Source: Octopus sinensis (Eukaryota). From it: a DNA stretch of 64,000 nt. Every line of letters begins with the position of its first letter. The stretch's first letter is position 1. The stretch covers positions 8,990,001 through 9,054,000 of the forward strand of contig NC_043007.1 in NCBI RefSeq assembly GCF_006345805.1, in the 5' to 3' direction. Of the stretch, positions 41,390-53,937 are shown one piece after another. Position numbers and translations under genes: made by a program. The notes beneath the pieces were generated by a model, which did no database searches, was not told the DNA's origin, and saw nothing but the letters and a program-made list of their open reading frames with translations.

Positions 41390-43951
41390 CTGTGTGGCCA
41401 TCTCCTCCCTGGAATGACATCACTTGAACAGAGACAGACAGAGTCCTTGTTGGCTCTCACACGCAAGTTTTTCATGGAACAAGCAGTGCTTCGGCCAACA
41501 AGAGGTGAGAATGTCTTGGACCTCTGTTTCACAAGCAACCCGATGCTCATCCACAACTTAATGGTAACACCAACAATTCTGTCAGATCACAACTTAGTAG
41601 AGGTAATGATATATGGTATGAGAGAGTTAGTTGAGACGCAGCCATTAGAAAATACCACAGGCCTATCCAGTCTAAACTTCCATAAGGCAAACTGGAAGAA
41701 GATCAACGAAGAGATCCGAAAACATGACTGGAGTGACTTCATCACCACACAAGACGCCAACACACATTTCCAACATTTCATGACAACAATACAGAACATA
41801 TGCCATAAGTTTGTCCCGGAGAAAAAAGCCAGCGGGCATAGGAACGTTATTCCCAGAGACAGGAAAATACTTATGAGGCGAAGAGCTAAGCTCTCGAAGC
41901 AACTGAATGCACGGCAGAGAAACAATGAGGGACTCCACCTGAAACTTTTTGAAACGGAAACTGCACTCAAACTTTCCTATGAGAAGGAGAGGGCAGAGAG
42001 AGAAGCCAGGGCCATAGAGAGTATTAAAACAAACCCTAAAGCTTTCTTTAAATTTGCGAAAGAAACCACCTCGGTACACTGCAAGATTGGCCCACTCTTT
42101 GATAAAAAGGGCTCTCTAACTGAGGACCCCCAAGGGATAAGTGAAATACTAAAGGAACAGTATAAAAGTGTGTTCACATCCCCTCTGGGGCACATGCAAA
42201 TCACAAACCCAGAGGTTTCTTTGATGCCACAACACTCCAAAACCAAAAACAAACAATCGACCACATAGACATAACAGAGAGGGATGTAATATCTGCCATA
42301 GAAGAAATGAGATAAACTCAGCTGCTGGACCAGATGGATTCCCAGCAGTCCTCCTAAAAACATGCAGGCATGCCCTAGCGGGACCACTGAAGAGCTCTTC
42401 AGTGGTTCCTTGGCTAACGTTAAAACTGCCCAGGGCGCTAAAAGAAGGCACCATATGCCCTATCCACAAAGGAGGGAGTAGAGCAGAGGCCAAAAACTAC
42501 AGGCCAGTCTCCCTGACGTCACACATAAGTAAGGTCATGGAACGAATCATCAGAAAAAAACTGATCACGTTCCTCGAAGAAACTAACCGTCTCACTGACA
42601 CACAGCATGGCTTTCGCCCAGGAAAAACTGCCTTACGCAGCTGTTACAACACTACGACTGGGTACTGAAACAACTACTGGATCGCTCACAGGTGGATGTG
42701 GTATATCTCGACTTTGCGAAGGCTTTGACAAAGTCGACACGGAGTGATATGTCACAAATTACTCAGACTTGGCATAACAGGAAAAGTAGGTGAGTGGATA
42801 CATGACTTCCTTGAAGGACAGAAGCCAGATGGTTGCAGCCAAGGAGCCTCTCGGGAAAGACACCAATAGCAAGCGGGGTGCCACAGGGCACAGTCTTGGG
42901 ACCCTTGCTGTTTTTGGTGGCGCTCTCTGACATGCCCTTGGTAGCACAAACAACATCCCTCACTAGCTATACTGATGACACAAAGGTAGCACAGGCAATC
43001 AAAAACCCAGCTGATGCTGACCTTTTACAACAAGATCTGGATGCCATATACAAATGGGCTGAAGACAACAAAATGCAATTTAATGCTGGTAAATTTCAAG
43101 CCTTACAATATCAGCTGTAAACACATATACATTACAACAGAACTATACTGGTCAGGAGGGATCGAAATCCCAGTATCGAAATCAATACGGGACCTGGGGA
43201 TAGACATGAGTGACGATGCATCTTTTCTTCACACATCGCGAAGTGGCGACAATGTGCAGACGACTCACTGGCTGGATCCTGAGGACATTCCGGACAAGAG
43301 ACTGCGAGACCATGTTGACACTATGGAGGACATTTGTCCTAAGCCGCCTGGACTACTGCTCCCAACTGTGGGTCACCGCATAGTGTCAAACTAACCACAG
43401 AGCTTGAGACAATCCAAAGACATTTCACCAAGAGGATTTCCACCATGAAAGAAAAGAACTATTGGGAGAGGCTTAGGGAACTCAATTTGTACTCCTTGGA
43501 ACGAAGACGAGAGAGATATGCAGTGATATACATATGGAAAATCCTGGAGGGACTAGCACCAAATTTTGGAATTGAGAGCTGTTCCAATCCCCGTACAGGA
43601 CGTCACTGTGTGGTGCCAAAGGTCCCGTCTTCCACATCCAGGGTAAGGAGCAGATACTGTAATAGCCTGGGGTTCAGGGGCCCTCAGCTGTTCAAACAAA
43701 CTGCCAAGAAAACTAAGAGATCTACATGATGCGGATGTGGACGTTTTCAAAAACATCTAGACAAGCTGCTTTCCGGGATCCCAGATGAACCCACTGCAAG
43801 GTACGAAGGTAACCTAAGGGCAGTAGCTACAAACTCTCTCTTAGATCAGTGGCCAGCCACGGCAAACTGGACTTAGAGAGGGTAGCAACAAGGGCGGTGG
43901 CACCAGCATGGCCTCAGCCGGATGGCTGAAACAAGTAAAAGGGTAAAAGGG
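41390..43951 (+). mobile_element. CR1/L2-group LINE, 5'-truncated ORF2 (APE end plus RT) with intact 3' tail
   Basis: RGENVLDL...LSDHNLV (APE), PIHKGGSRAEAKNYRPVSLTSHISKVMERII, QHGFRPG, YLDFAK, SGVPQGTVLGPLLF, YTDDTKV, ERLRELNLYSLERRRERY; tail (GTAAAAGG)2. Several frameshifts. Confidence 0.95.
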
Positions 43952-43983
<32 letters not shown>

Positions 43984-43984
43984 T

Positions 43985-44054
<70 letters not shown>

Positions 44055-44056
44055 CA

Positions 44057-44248
44057 TATATGAATAAATGAAAGAATGGAGTCGAACGAGATCTTAACAA
44101 AATTCCTTTACTCTCGACACATGTTTCGAGAACAGCATATTTTCATTCCGAAGGAATAAAGAGTGCATTATGCAATCTTACCCTTGTCGAGAGTAAAGGA
44201 ATTTTGTTAAAATCTTCCTTCGACTCCATTCTTTCATTTATTCATATA
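44057..44248 (-). repeat. Foldback (about 63-bp arms) enclosing a partial hammerhead-like motif
   Basis: Arms 44057-44119 and 44185-44248 are near-perfect inverted repeats. The minus strand has CUC-GAAAC-AUGU-GUC-GAGAGUAAAGG but no CUGANGA. Confidence 0.8.
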
Positions 44249-44711
44249 CAACACACAAATTTCTGTACATGAACCCGGAGTTTCTACCCTTGACAGGTCG
44301 CTTCAACCGTGTTTTCTGACGTGAATTTGCTACCCAGGTTTCGGTTAAACGAATTTTCCATGCTGACGATAAACATAGCATAATTCATTCACCTACTTAT
44401 ATATACATATATGTATACAGAAACGAGGATATATACAAATAAATATATAAAATCTATAACATGACTATGTTCATAGAACGTGAAGTAAAATAACAAGGCT
44501 GGTCGCGTAATCCGTTTTCAGTGAAACAGACGGAAAGAAAATTTTGGAACTAGGAATACCAATGGGAATGCTAAATAAAACAAACAATTTTGTGAAATCT
44601 CGTTTGATAATGATTGTCACGAATGAAATAATATATATAAATATATATATATATGTGTGTGTGTATATATATACAAGATACATGTATATATATATATGGT
44701 AATATATAATA

Positions 44712-44757
<46 letters not shown>

Positions 44758-44793
44758 ATATATACATGTATGTATACATTGATACATAGATAC

Positions 44794-44832
<39 letters not shown>

Positions 44833-45011
44833 TATATATAATAGGTATATATATATATATACCTATATATGTATATATACCTATATACATATACTTATAT
44901 ATATACGCACGCACACAAACACACCATATACACACACATAGACTCACACACGCACGCACACACACACACATATATAAAATACAGTCATATATATATATAT
45001 TCATATGTATA

Positions 45012-45043
<32 letters not shown>

Positions 45044-45134
45044 AATACACTAATATTTATTTACACACACGCACACACAAACACACACACATATATATAC
45101 TTACACATACACACACGAACACACACACATTGCC

Positions 45135-45189
45135 TCAAATAAGGAACGAATTTCGGATGGCTTCATGTTTGTTATTATTATTATTATTA

Positions 45190-45254
<65 letters not shown>

Positions 45255-45847
45255 CATCATCATCATTATTATTATTACTATTATTGTTTTTGTTGTTGTT
45301 ATTATTATTACTATCATTATTATTGTTATTTACTATGTTGTTGTTTTTTTGTTGTTGCAATCACAGTAGGAAGGATAATAAGATGAGCTACGATACATTC
45401 CTAGTTCTGAGATTTATTTATACACAACATATCTATACTTATATATCATTCAGGACTGTTTTATTGGTTATTAAGTTTATCATTTTTCTGTTCATTTGTG
45501 GGGTTTTATTTATTTATGTTTTTTTTTGGCTTTGTTACATTTTCAGCTATTTAAAAAAATATCTTTGTTCTTTCATCTTAGTTCTATAATATTGTTATTA
45601 TGTTGATTTCTTTTGTCTTAAATGATTAATATTCTTTCAAGGTTCTTTGAGTACAACGAGTCAGCCAGGTTTTTTTTACTCACCTTTACTGACACACGCT
45701 CCCCACCCCTATGTTCAATACGCTATTTTATGCTGCTGCATTTCTTCTTCTTCTTCTTCTTCTTCTTCTTCTTCTTCTTCTTCTTCTTCTTCTTCTTCTT
45801 CTTCTACTACTACTACTACTACAACTACTACTACTACTACTACTACT

Positions 45848-45884
<37 letters not shown>

Positions 45885-45988
45885 ACCTAATTCTTCTATT
45901 TCTTTTTCTTCTTCTTCTTCTTCTTCTTCTTCTACTACAACCACTACTACTACTACTACTACTACTACGGCTGCTGCTGCTGCTGCAA

Positions 45989-46019
<31 letters not shown>

Positions 46020-46039
46020 AACAACTACTACTACTACTG

Positions 46040-46075
<36 letters not shown>

Positions 46076-46428
46076 TTCTTTTCCCTTCTTCTTTCCGTCG
46101 TCGTCGTCATACTTAGATCTGGCTTCTTCATACCCGCTCTCCCTCTTCGCCGCCGCCACTGCTGCCGCCAACGCCACCGAAGCCTACCGCCCCCACCGAA
46201 GCCCACCGAAGCCCACCGCCATCACAACCACCACCACCAGCGTCACAGTTGCCATCATCCGCATCATTCTTATCATTATCGTAATCAACATCATCATTAT
46301 TATCATCACAATTATCACCATCGTCCTAGTGAATATTACTATTATCATTATTATTATTATCATTATTATTATTATCATTATTTTTACTATTATTATTATT
46401 ATTATTATTATCATTATTATTATTATTA

Positions 46429-46473
<45 letters not shown>

Positions 46474-46700
46474 TTATCATTATTATTATTATTATAACTA
46501 TTATTATTATTATTATTATTATTATTTTTACTATTATTATTTTATATTATTATTATTATTATTATTACAATTATTATTATCATTATTATTATTATTATCA
46601 TTATTATTATTATTATCATCATTGTTGTTGTTGTTGTTGTTGTTTGTGGTGGTGGTGGTGGTGGTGGTGGTGGTGTGTTTATTATTACTATTATTATTTT
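45135..46700. repeat. Trinucleotide microsatellite mosaic (ATT, TTC, CTA, CTG, GTT, GGT)
   Basis: Directly visible; source of the 368-aa low-complexity ORF. Confidence 0.9.
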
Positions 46701-47404
46701 CATTATTATATATGACTCATTTTTTTTTACCGAAATTCTTTCTCTTTTTCTAATTCTTATATTAGCTTCTTAAGCAAACATTGTACAGTTTAAGATTCTA
46801 TTTACTGGAATTCAAATAAAATAAAATAAAATAAAAGTAAAAACATATATAAATAAGAAGAATCAAAAAAGAAAAAAAAGAAGGAAAAATTACTTAGTTT
46901 TGTGTGAAACAATGATTGATCATTATTTATATATAAAAAAAAATAACAAAAGAAAATGGCTTAAACAATTGAAATTGGATAGAAAAATCGAAATGGTGTC
47001 TCTAATAATAGATTTTATCAGACATAAAACTTTTATTTTATGGAGTTGGTTGCGATTTATTAACACAGGTATTCCAACGATCAGTAAGAATTATTATACC
47101 TTATGTAAAATCGAATATAACATACCATATATATGGTGAGATAAACGCTGTAATTATTTAATTAGTTAATAGTCGTTAGTTATTTCAGTTTTCATTCTCT
47201 GTAATGAGGTTGTTGTTGAGGATAGAAGTAATCAAAATTTTTTTCCATCTGCTATGATCTTGCCATTCATTCAGAAAGGATGAGACTTTTTGGCGCAGCA
47301 ATTTCGGCACAGTCAGTTTGGCATCGTTGATTCGATGCTTGCTCATTTGACATCAGATGTTTTAATGTCTCCTTTACCCCCATTTCTCTCACTCCACCTA
47401 CCTA

Positions 47405-47476
47405 CCTACCTATGTATGTATGTATGTATGTATGTATGTATGTATGTATGTATGTATGTATCTATCTATCTATCTA

Positions 47477-47510
<34 letters not shown>

Positions 47511-47511
47511 G

Positions 47512-47583
<72 letters not shown>

Positions 47584-47598
47584 CTATCTATCTATCTA

Positions 47599-47630
<32 letters not shown>

Positions 47631-47824
47631 TCTTTCTATCTATCTATCTCAATCTGTCTGTGTCTGTCTGTCTATCTATCTGTCTGTCTGTCTGTCTGTC
47701 TGTCTGTATGTCTGTCTATCGATCTATCTATCTATCTATATATCTATATATCTATCTATCTATCTATCCATCTATCTATCCATCTGTCTGTCTGTCTGTC
47801 TATCTCTATCTATCTATCTATCTC

Positions 47825-47871
<47 letters not shown>

Positions 47872-47920
47872 CAATCTGTATGTGTCTGTCTGTCTATCTA
47901 TCTATCTATCTATCTATAAA
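47405..47920. repeat. (ATGT)n-(ATCT)n-(GTCT)n tetranucleotide array
   Basis: Directly visible. Confidence 0.95.
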
Positions 47921-49384
47921 CTGTCTATCTGTCTGCCTCTGTCACTCTGTACTTATATATATATTGAGAGAGAGAGAAAGAGAGTGTGAGAAAAAGAGAT
48001 AAAGAGTAAGAGAAAGAGATAGATGGAAAGAGAGAGTTAATATGTGTGAATGTGTAAGTGCACTTGCGACGTATATGTGTGCTTGTGCGCGCTTTTGTCT
48101 CCTGTACGAAACCGAGTGGAATACTGACAGGATTGATACTTGTGTTTATTTAGTTATAAATTGTGAGTATCTAGATGCGTGGCCTTAAATATACACTCTA
48201 AAATGACTCAATTTAAACATGCTGAACATAAAAAAAAATACAGTACGCGACACACATTCACTCCATATTTCCCACCTGTTCCATTAATATCAGTGGCTCG
48301 TGACGTGTGCAGTCGCTATGGATGGATAAAAAAAAATGCCTCGGAGACGAGACATAGCGATTCGTCAGGATACTAACAGCAGGTTAATGATCTTTGACGT
48401 AACGGTCAAGATAGTGACTTAAGGCCCATATCCGTCTATATACTAAAGAGGGCAAGGGATTGGGGCATGCATATACTGTACAGCTTTTCAATTTTACTTT
48501 TTCTATCGACGTTCGATTTATTTCACCTGCAATACAAATAAAATTGCACATATAATTTGCTTTTGTACTGTAACTGGTATAATAGAAGAAACAGTTTCAT
48601 CAACTGTTGCTTTCTGTAAATTACATAATAACTTCATCACTAGACCCGTCTTTCTTTATTGCATTTTGTAAGATATTTTCGTAAGGAGCATCGATACTAC
48701 GGAGTTCAAATCAAATTTCCCGTTTTTGTTTTCAGCCTAGAGTTTTTTCAATCATTGTTGCTTTCACCTTAGCTATTTCCGCTCCATTACGGATAGCATG
48801 ATATTATCTCTGTTACATTTTCTTTCCTATACTTGAACTTCCATTTTGATTTTGCATTTTGATTTTATTTTATTTTTTTTCCATTGTCTTTTATATCCTC
48901 GTCTAATATTCTGCCATCTTTTGACGCATAATTGTTTTCTTATACCTAGAGAATTTTTTTTTTTTTAGTTTATCTGTTCCCACATTCCGCTAATCAGTTT
49001 CCCTTGTCTTCCCTCTAAATATTTTTCTAACCCCAGTGTTACTTTTAATTATTATGTTACCAACATATTTTTCCCAGTAGGTTGGTAGATATTTTCTATT
49101 TTTATCTGTTTTAAGATGGTGGATTCGTCATTCAGGCCATAGCTTTATAGTCAATACACTTAACTTTAAATTTACACTGCTGAAAATGACGTATAAATCT
49201 GAAAGGTTTAATGTGTTTAAGCCTATAAATTATACTTTTATGAATCAGTTATTTAATATTTATTTTCATTCGATATTTTCTTGATTCACCTTGACTCATC
49301 TGCAACATCTGTTCTAAGTTAAGGTCTCAGATATGATTAAATATGAATATGATTAAATCCTTTCTTATTTTGGCATCGAGCCAG

Positions 49385-49900
49385 CAATGTTAGGGGAAAA
49401 CAATTACAGCGAGTCCAGTGTTAAACTGTATGCCAAATTATGTTGGCATACGTGCTGCAAACTTATAGTGTAGATGAAGTCGACTACATCAAACCCAGTA
49501 CTTGACTGGTACTTTATTTCTTTTCTACTATAGGCATAAGGCCTAGAATTTTGGGGGAGCGGGCAGTCGATTAGAACGACTCCAGTACGCAACTAGTACG
49601 TGATTTCTCGACTCCCGAAAGATATGAAAGGCAAAGTAAATCTCGGCGGAATTTGAACTCAAAGAGTAAAGACAGACGAAATACCTCTAAATGTTCGTCC
49701 GGCGAGCTAACCTTTCTTATTTCTTTCTTGCTAACGTTTCTGCCAGCTTACCGCCTTGCTTGTTCTTTATTTATATCAAAACGATGAAATGCAAAGTTGA
49801 CCTCGGTGTAATATGAACTTAGAACGTAAGAAGCAGCAAGAAATGCGACTAAGCATATTGGCTGACAGGTTACCGATTCTGCCAGTACGCTCATCTTGTG
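49385..49900 (-). mobile_element. SINE family C copies
   Basis: Modules aaaggcaaagt...tcggcggaatttgaactca; heads at about 49760 and 49890. Confidence 0.78.
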
Positions 49901-50581
49901 TCTGCGTATAAAGTAATGTCCACAACGCCTTGATATCTAAATGTGATATAAGATCCTTAATTTTAATTAATTTCGCAGCATCTAGACACACCTTTAGTGG
50001 TTTTATATAACTCAATATTCACATTGATATCCCGTTATTTCGATGAGAATATTCTCGAGAACAATGACCGCCATAAAAGCTGAAATTCAAGGTCAATCGG
50101 TTTACAGCATTTAGTTATAAACTTTTATATTTGAAAATAATATGGTGGAGTGTTATTTCCGATTCAATTTTCCCAGAGTCGAAAAGAAATTAACACTGAC
50201 AATATATTGTAGCAGAAAACAATTTCAGAAAATTGTTTTCTATATTATATAAAGAAAATAAAGAGAACATAGAAAAAAAACATATATGTTAGTAATTTTT
50301 TGTATCTAATATCAGTTCTTTAATAGTTGATTTATATTCATGGCTGGCCTTAAAACAAATTTTTACGTCATTATTTTCTTTAATAACATCTCTGTATGCC
50401 TTTATTTCTTCTTGGTTTTTATTATCATACCATCTATAATTACGCACACACACATACACACACAGATGCACAAACACACACACACACATACGCTCACACA
50501 CACACTCACACACACATTCACAAACACATGCATACAAAGTTCACAAAACAGCGACATACATTTCGATTTCTTTGTCTTCAT

Positions 50582-50644
<63 letters not shown>

Positions 50645-50763
50645 GGTGTGTGTGTATTGTGTGTGGGGTGTATATATATATAATATATATATATATATTT
50701 ATCTATATATACGTATGTGGGTATATATATATATACATACATCAACATATATTACATATCGTA

Positions 50764-50796
<33 letters not shown>

Positions 50797-50827
50797 CATA
50801 CATAAACATATATATACAATACATATT

Positions 50828-50863
<36 letters not shown>

Positions 50864-51087
50864 TATATATATATACCATAACATATACATGCATATATAT
50901 ATATATATATATATATATAAACAAATCAAATTGCGATAAAATAAAAAAAATTATAATCGCTGGTATTACTAACACAAGCCATATATTTTTCATATATCAG
51001 TACATTAAGGCGAAATATGTGCTAGGAATACAGAAGCTTGATAAATTAAGTGAAATGAAGATAAAAACATTTACTAAACCGGAAAAT

Positions 51088-51164
51088 TCTCAGACTGCAG
51101 TTTCTTTCTATTTAGCAAACAAGATAATTTATTTGCCCAGGGAGAATTCATCAGTGAGACCCTG
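51088..51164 (-). ncRNA. Type I hammerhead ribozyme, first of 16 copies
   Basis: CAGGG-UCUCA-CUGAUGA-[stem II]-GAAA-C-UGCA-GUC^UGAGA; all invariant core nucleotides are present. Confidence 0.85.
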
Positions 51165-53860
51165 TTTCTCTGGGATCCTAACTCACTAGAAGCATGTGCG
51201 TCTAATGAGTTACTCTTCCTAACTAATCATATCCGCGCAGACTCCGAACGTCCCGACAACACTAGGGATTCTGGTATATCGCCTGGCGCTCATAATTTAT
51301 CGAGAATATGTAAACAAATCAAATTGCGATAAATAAAAAAATAATTATAATCGCTGGTATTACTAACACAAGCCATATATTTTTCATATATCAGTACATT
51401 AAGGCGAAATATGTGCTAGGAATACAGAAGCTTGATAAATTAAGTGAAATGAAGATAAAAACATTTACTAAACAAACCGAAAATTCTCAGACTGCAGTTT
51501 CTTTCTATTTAGCAAACAAGATAATTTATTTGCCCAGGGAGAATTCATCAGTGAGACCCTGTTTCTCTGGGATCCTAACTCACTAGAAGCATGTTGTCTA
51601 ATGAGTTACTCTTCCTAACTAATCATATCACTGCGCAGACTCCGAACGTCCCGACAACACTAGGGAATTCTGGTATATCGCCTGGCTCATAATTTATCGA
51701 GAATATGTAAACAAATCAAATTGCGATAAAATAAAAAAATAATTATAATCGCTGGTATTACTAACACAAGCCATATATTTTTCATATATCAGTACATTAA
51801 GGCGAAATATGTGCTAGGAATACAGAAGCTTGATAAATTAAGTGAAATGAAGATAAAAACATTTACTAACTAAACCGAAAATTCTCAGACTGCAGTTTCT
51901 TTCTATTTAGCAAACAAGATAATTTTTTTGCCCAGGGAGAATTCATCAGTGAGACCCTGTTTCTCTGGGATCCTAACTCACTAGAAGCATGTGCGTCTAA
52001 TGAGTTACTCTTCCTAACTAATCATATCACTGCGCAGACTCCGAACGTCCCGACAACACTAGGGAATTCTGGTATATCGCCTGGCGCTCATAATTTATCG
52101 AGAATATGTAAACAAATCAAATTGCGATAAAATAAAAAAATAATTATAATCGCTGGTATTACTAACACAGCCATATATTTTTCATATATCAGTACATTAA
52201 GGCGAAATATGTGCTAGGAATACAGAAGCTTGATAATTAAGTGAAATGAAGATAAAAACATTTACTAAACCGGAAAATTCTCAGACTGCAGTTTCTTTCT
52301 ATTTAGCAAACAAGATAATTTATTTGCCCAGGGAGAATTCATCAGTGAGACCCTTTTCTCTGGGATCCTAACTCACTAGAAGCATGTGCGTCTAATGAGT
52401 TACTCTTCCTAACTAATCATATCACTGCGCAGACTCCGAACGTCCCGACAACACTAGGGAATTCTGGTATATCGCCTGGCGCTCATAATTTATCGAGAAA
52501 TATGTAAACAAATCAAATTGCGATAAAATAAAAAATAATTATAATCGCTGGTATTACTAACACAAGCCATATATTTTTCATATATCAGTACATTAAGCGA
52601 AATATGTGCTAGGAATACAGAAGCTTGATAAATTAAGTGAAATGAAGATAAAAACATTTACTAAACCGGAAATTCTCAGACTGCAGTTTCTTTCTATTTA
52701 GCAAACAAGATAATTTATTTGCCCAGGAGAATTCATCAGTGAGACCCTGTTTCTCTGGATCCTAACTCACTAGAAGCATGTGCGTCTAATGAGTTACTCT
52801 TCCTAACTAATCATATCACTGCGCAGACTCCGAACGTCCCGACAACACTAGGGAATTCTGGTATATCGCCTGGCGCTCATAATTTATCGAGAAATATGTA
52901 AACAAATCAAATTGCGATAAAATAAAAAAATAATTATAATCGCTGGTATTACTAACACAAGCCATATATTTTTCATATATCAGTACATTAAGGCGAAATA
53001 TGTGCTAGGAATACAGAAGCTTGATAAATTAAGTGAAATGAAGATAAAAACATTTACTAAACCGGAAAATTCTCAGACTGCAGTTCTTTTCTATTTAGCA
53101 AACAAGATAATTATTTGCCCAGGGAGAATTCATCAGTGAGACCCTGTTTTCTGGGATCCTAACTCACTAGAAGCATGTGCGTCTAATGAGTTACTCTTCC
53201 TAACTAATCATATCACTGCGCAGACTCCGAACGTCCCGACAACACTAGGGAATTCTGGTATCGCCTGGCGCTCATAATTTATCGAGAAATATGTAAACAA
53301 ATCAAATTGCGATAAAATAAAAAAAATATTATAATCGCTGGTATTACTAACACAAGCCATATATTTTTCATATATCAGTACATTAAGGCGAAATATGTGC
53401 TAGGAATACAGAAGCTTGATAAATAAGTGAAATGAAGATAAAAACATTTACTAACCGGAAAATTCTCAGACTGCAGTTTCTTTCTATTTAGCAAACAAGA
53501 TAATTTATTTGCCCAGGGAGAATTCATCAGTGAGACCCTGTTTCTCTGGGATCCTAACTCACTAGAAGCATGTGCGTCTAATGAGTTACTCTTCTAACTA
53601 ATCATATCACTGCGCAGACTCCGAACGTCCCGACAACACTAGGGAATTCTGGTATATCGCCTGGCGCTCATAATTTATCGAGAAATATGTAAACAAATCA
53701 AATTGCGATAAAATAAAAAATAATTATAATCGCTGGTATTACTAACACAAGCCATATATTTTTCATATATCAGTACATTAAGGCGAAATATGTGCTAGGA
53801 ATACAGAAGCTTGATAAATTAAGTGAAATGAAGATAAAAACATTTACTAAACCGGAAAAT

Positions 53861-53937
53861 TCTCAGACTGCAGTTTCTTTCTATTTAGCAAACAAGATAA
53901 TTTATTTGCCCAGGGAGAATTCATCAGTGAGACCCTG
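53861..53937 (-). ncRNA. Type I hammerhead ribozyme, consensus copy (cleavage predicted between 53866 and 53865)
   Basis: 5'-CAGGG UCUCA CUGAUGA AUUCU CCCUG GGCAAAUAA AUUAUC UUGUUUGCU AAAU AGAAA GAAA C UGCA GUC UGAGA-3'. Confidence 0.87.

Noticed and set aside
42383-42406. Perfect 24-bp palindrome accactgaagagctcttcagtggt
   Set aside because: It lies inside LINE ORF2 at a frameshift and fits coding sequence (PLKELFSGS-like); probably coincidental.
45647-46753. 368-aa low-complexity ORF
   Set aside because: It consists entirely of in-phase trinucleotide microsatellites with no complex sequence.
52440-52460. Pol III B-box-like gttcggagtc in the array unit (minus strand)
   Set aside because: Weak match and no properly spaced A box; the promoter of the array remains unidentified.
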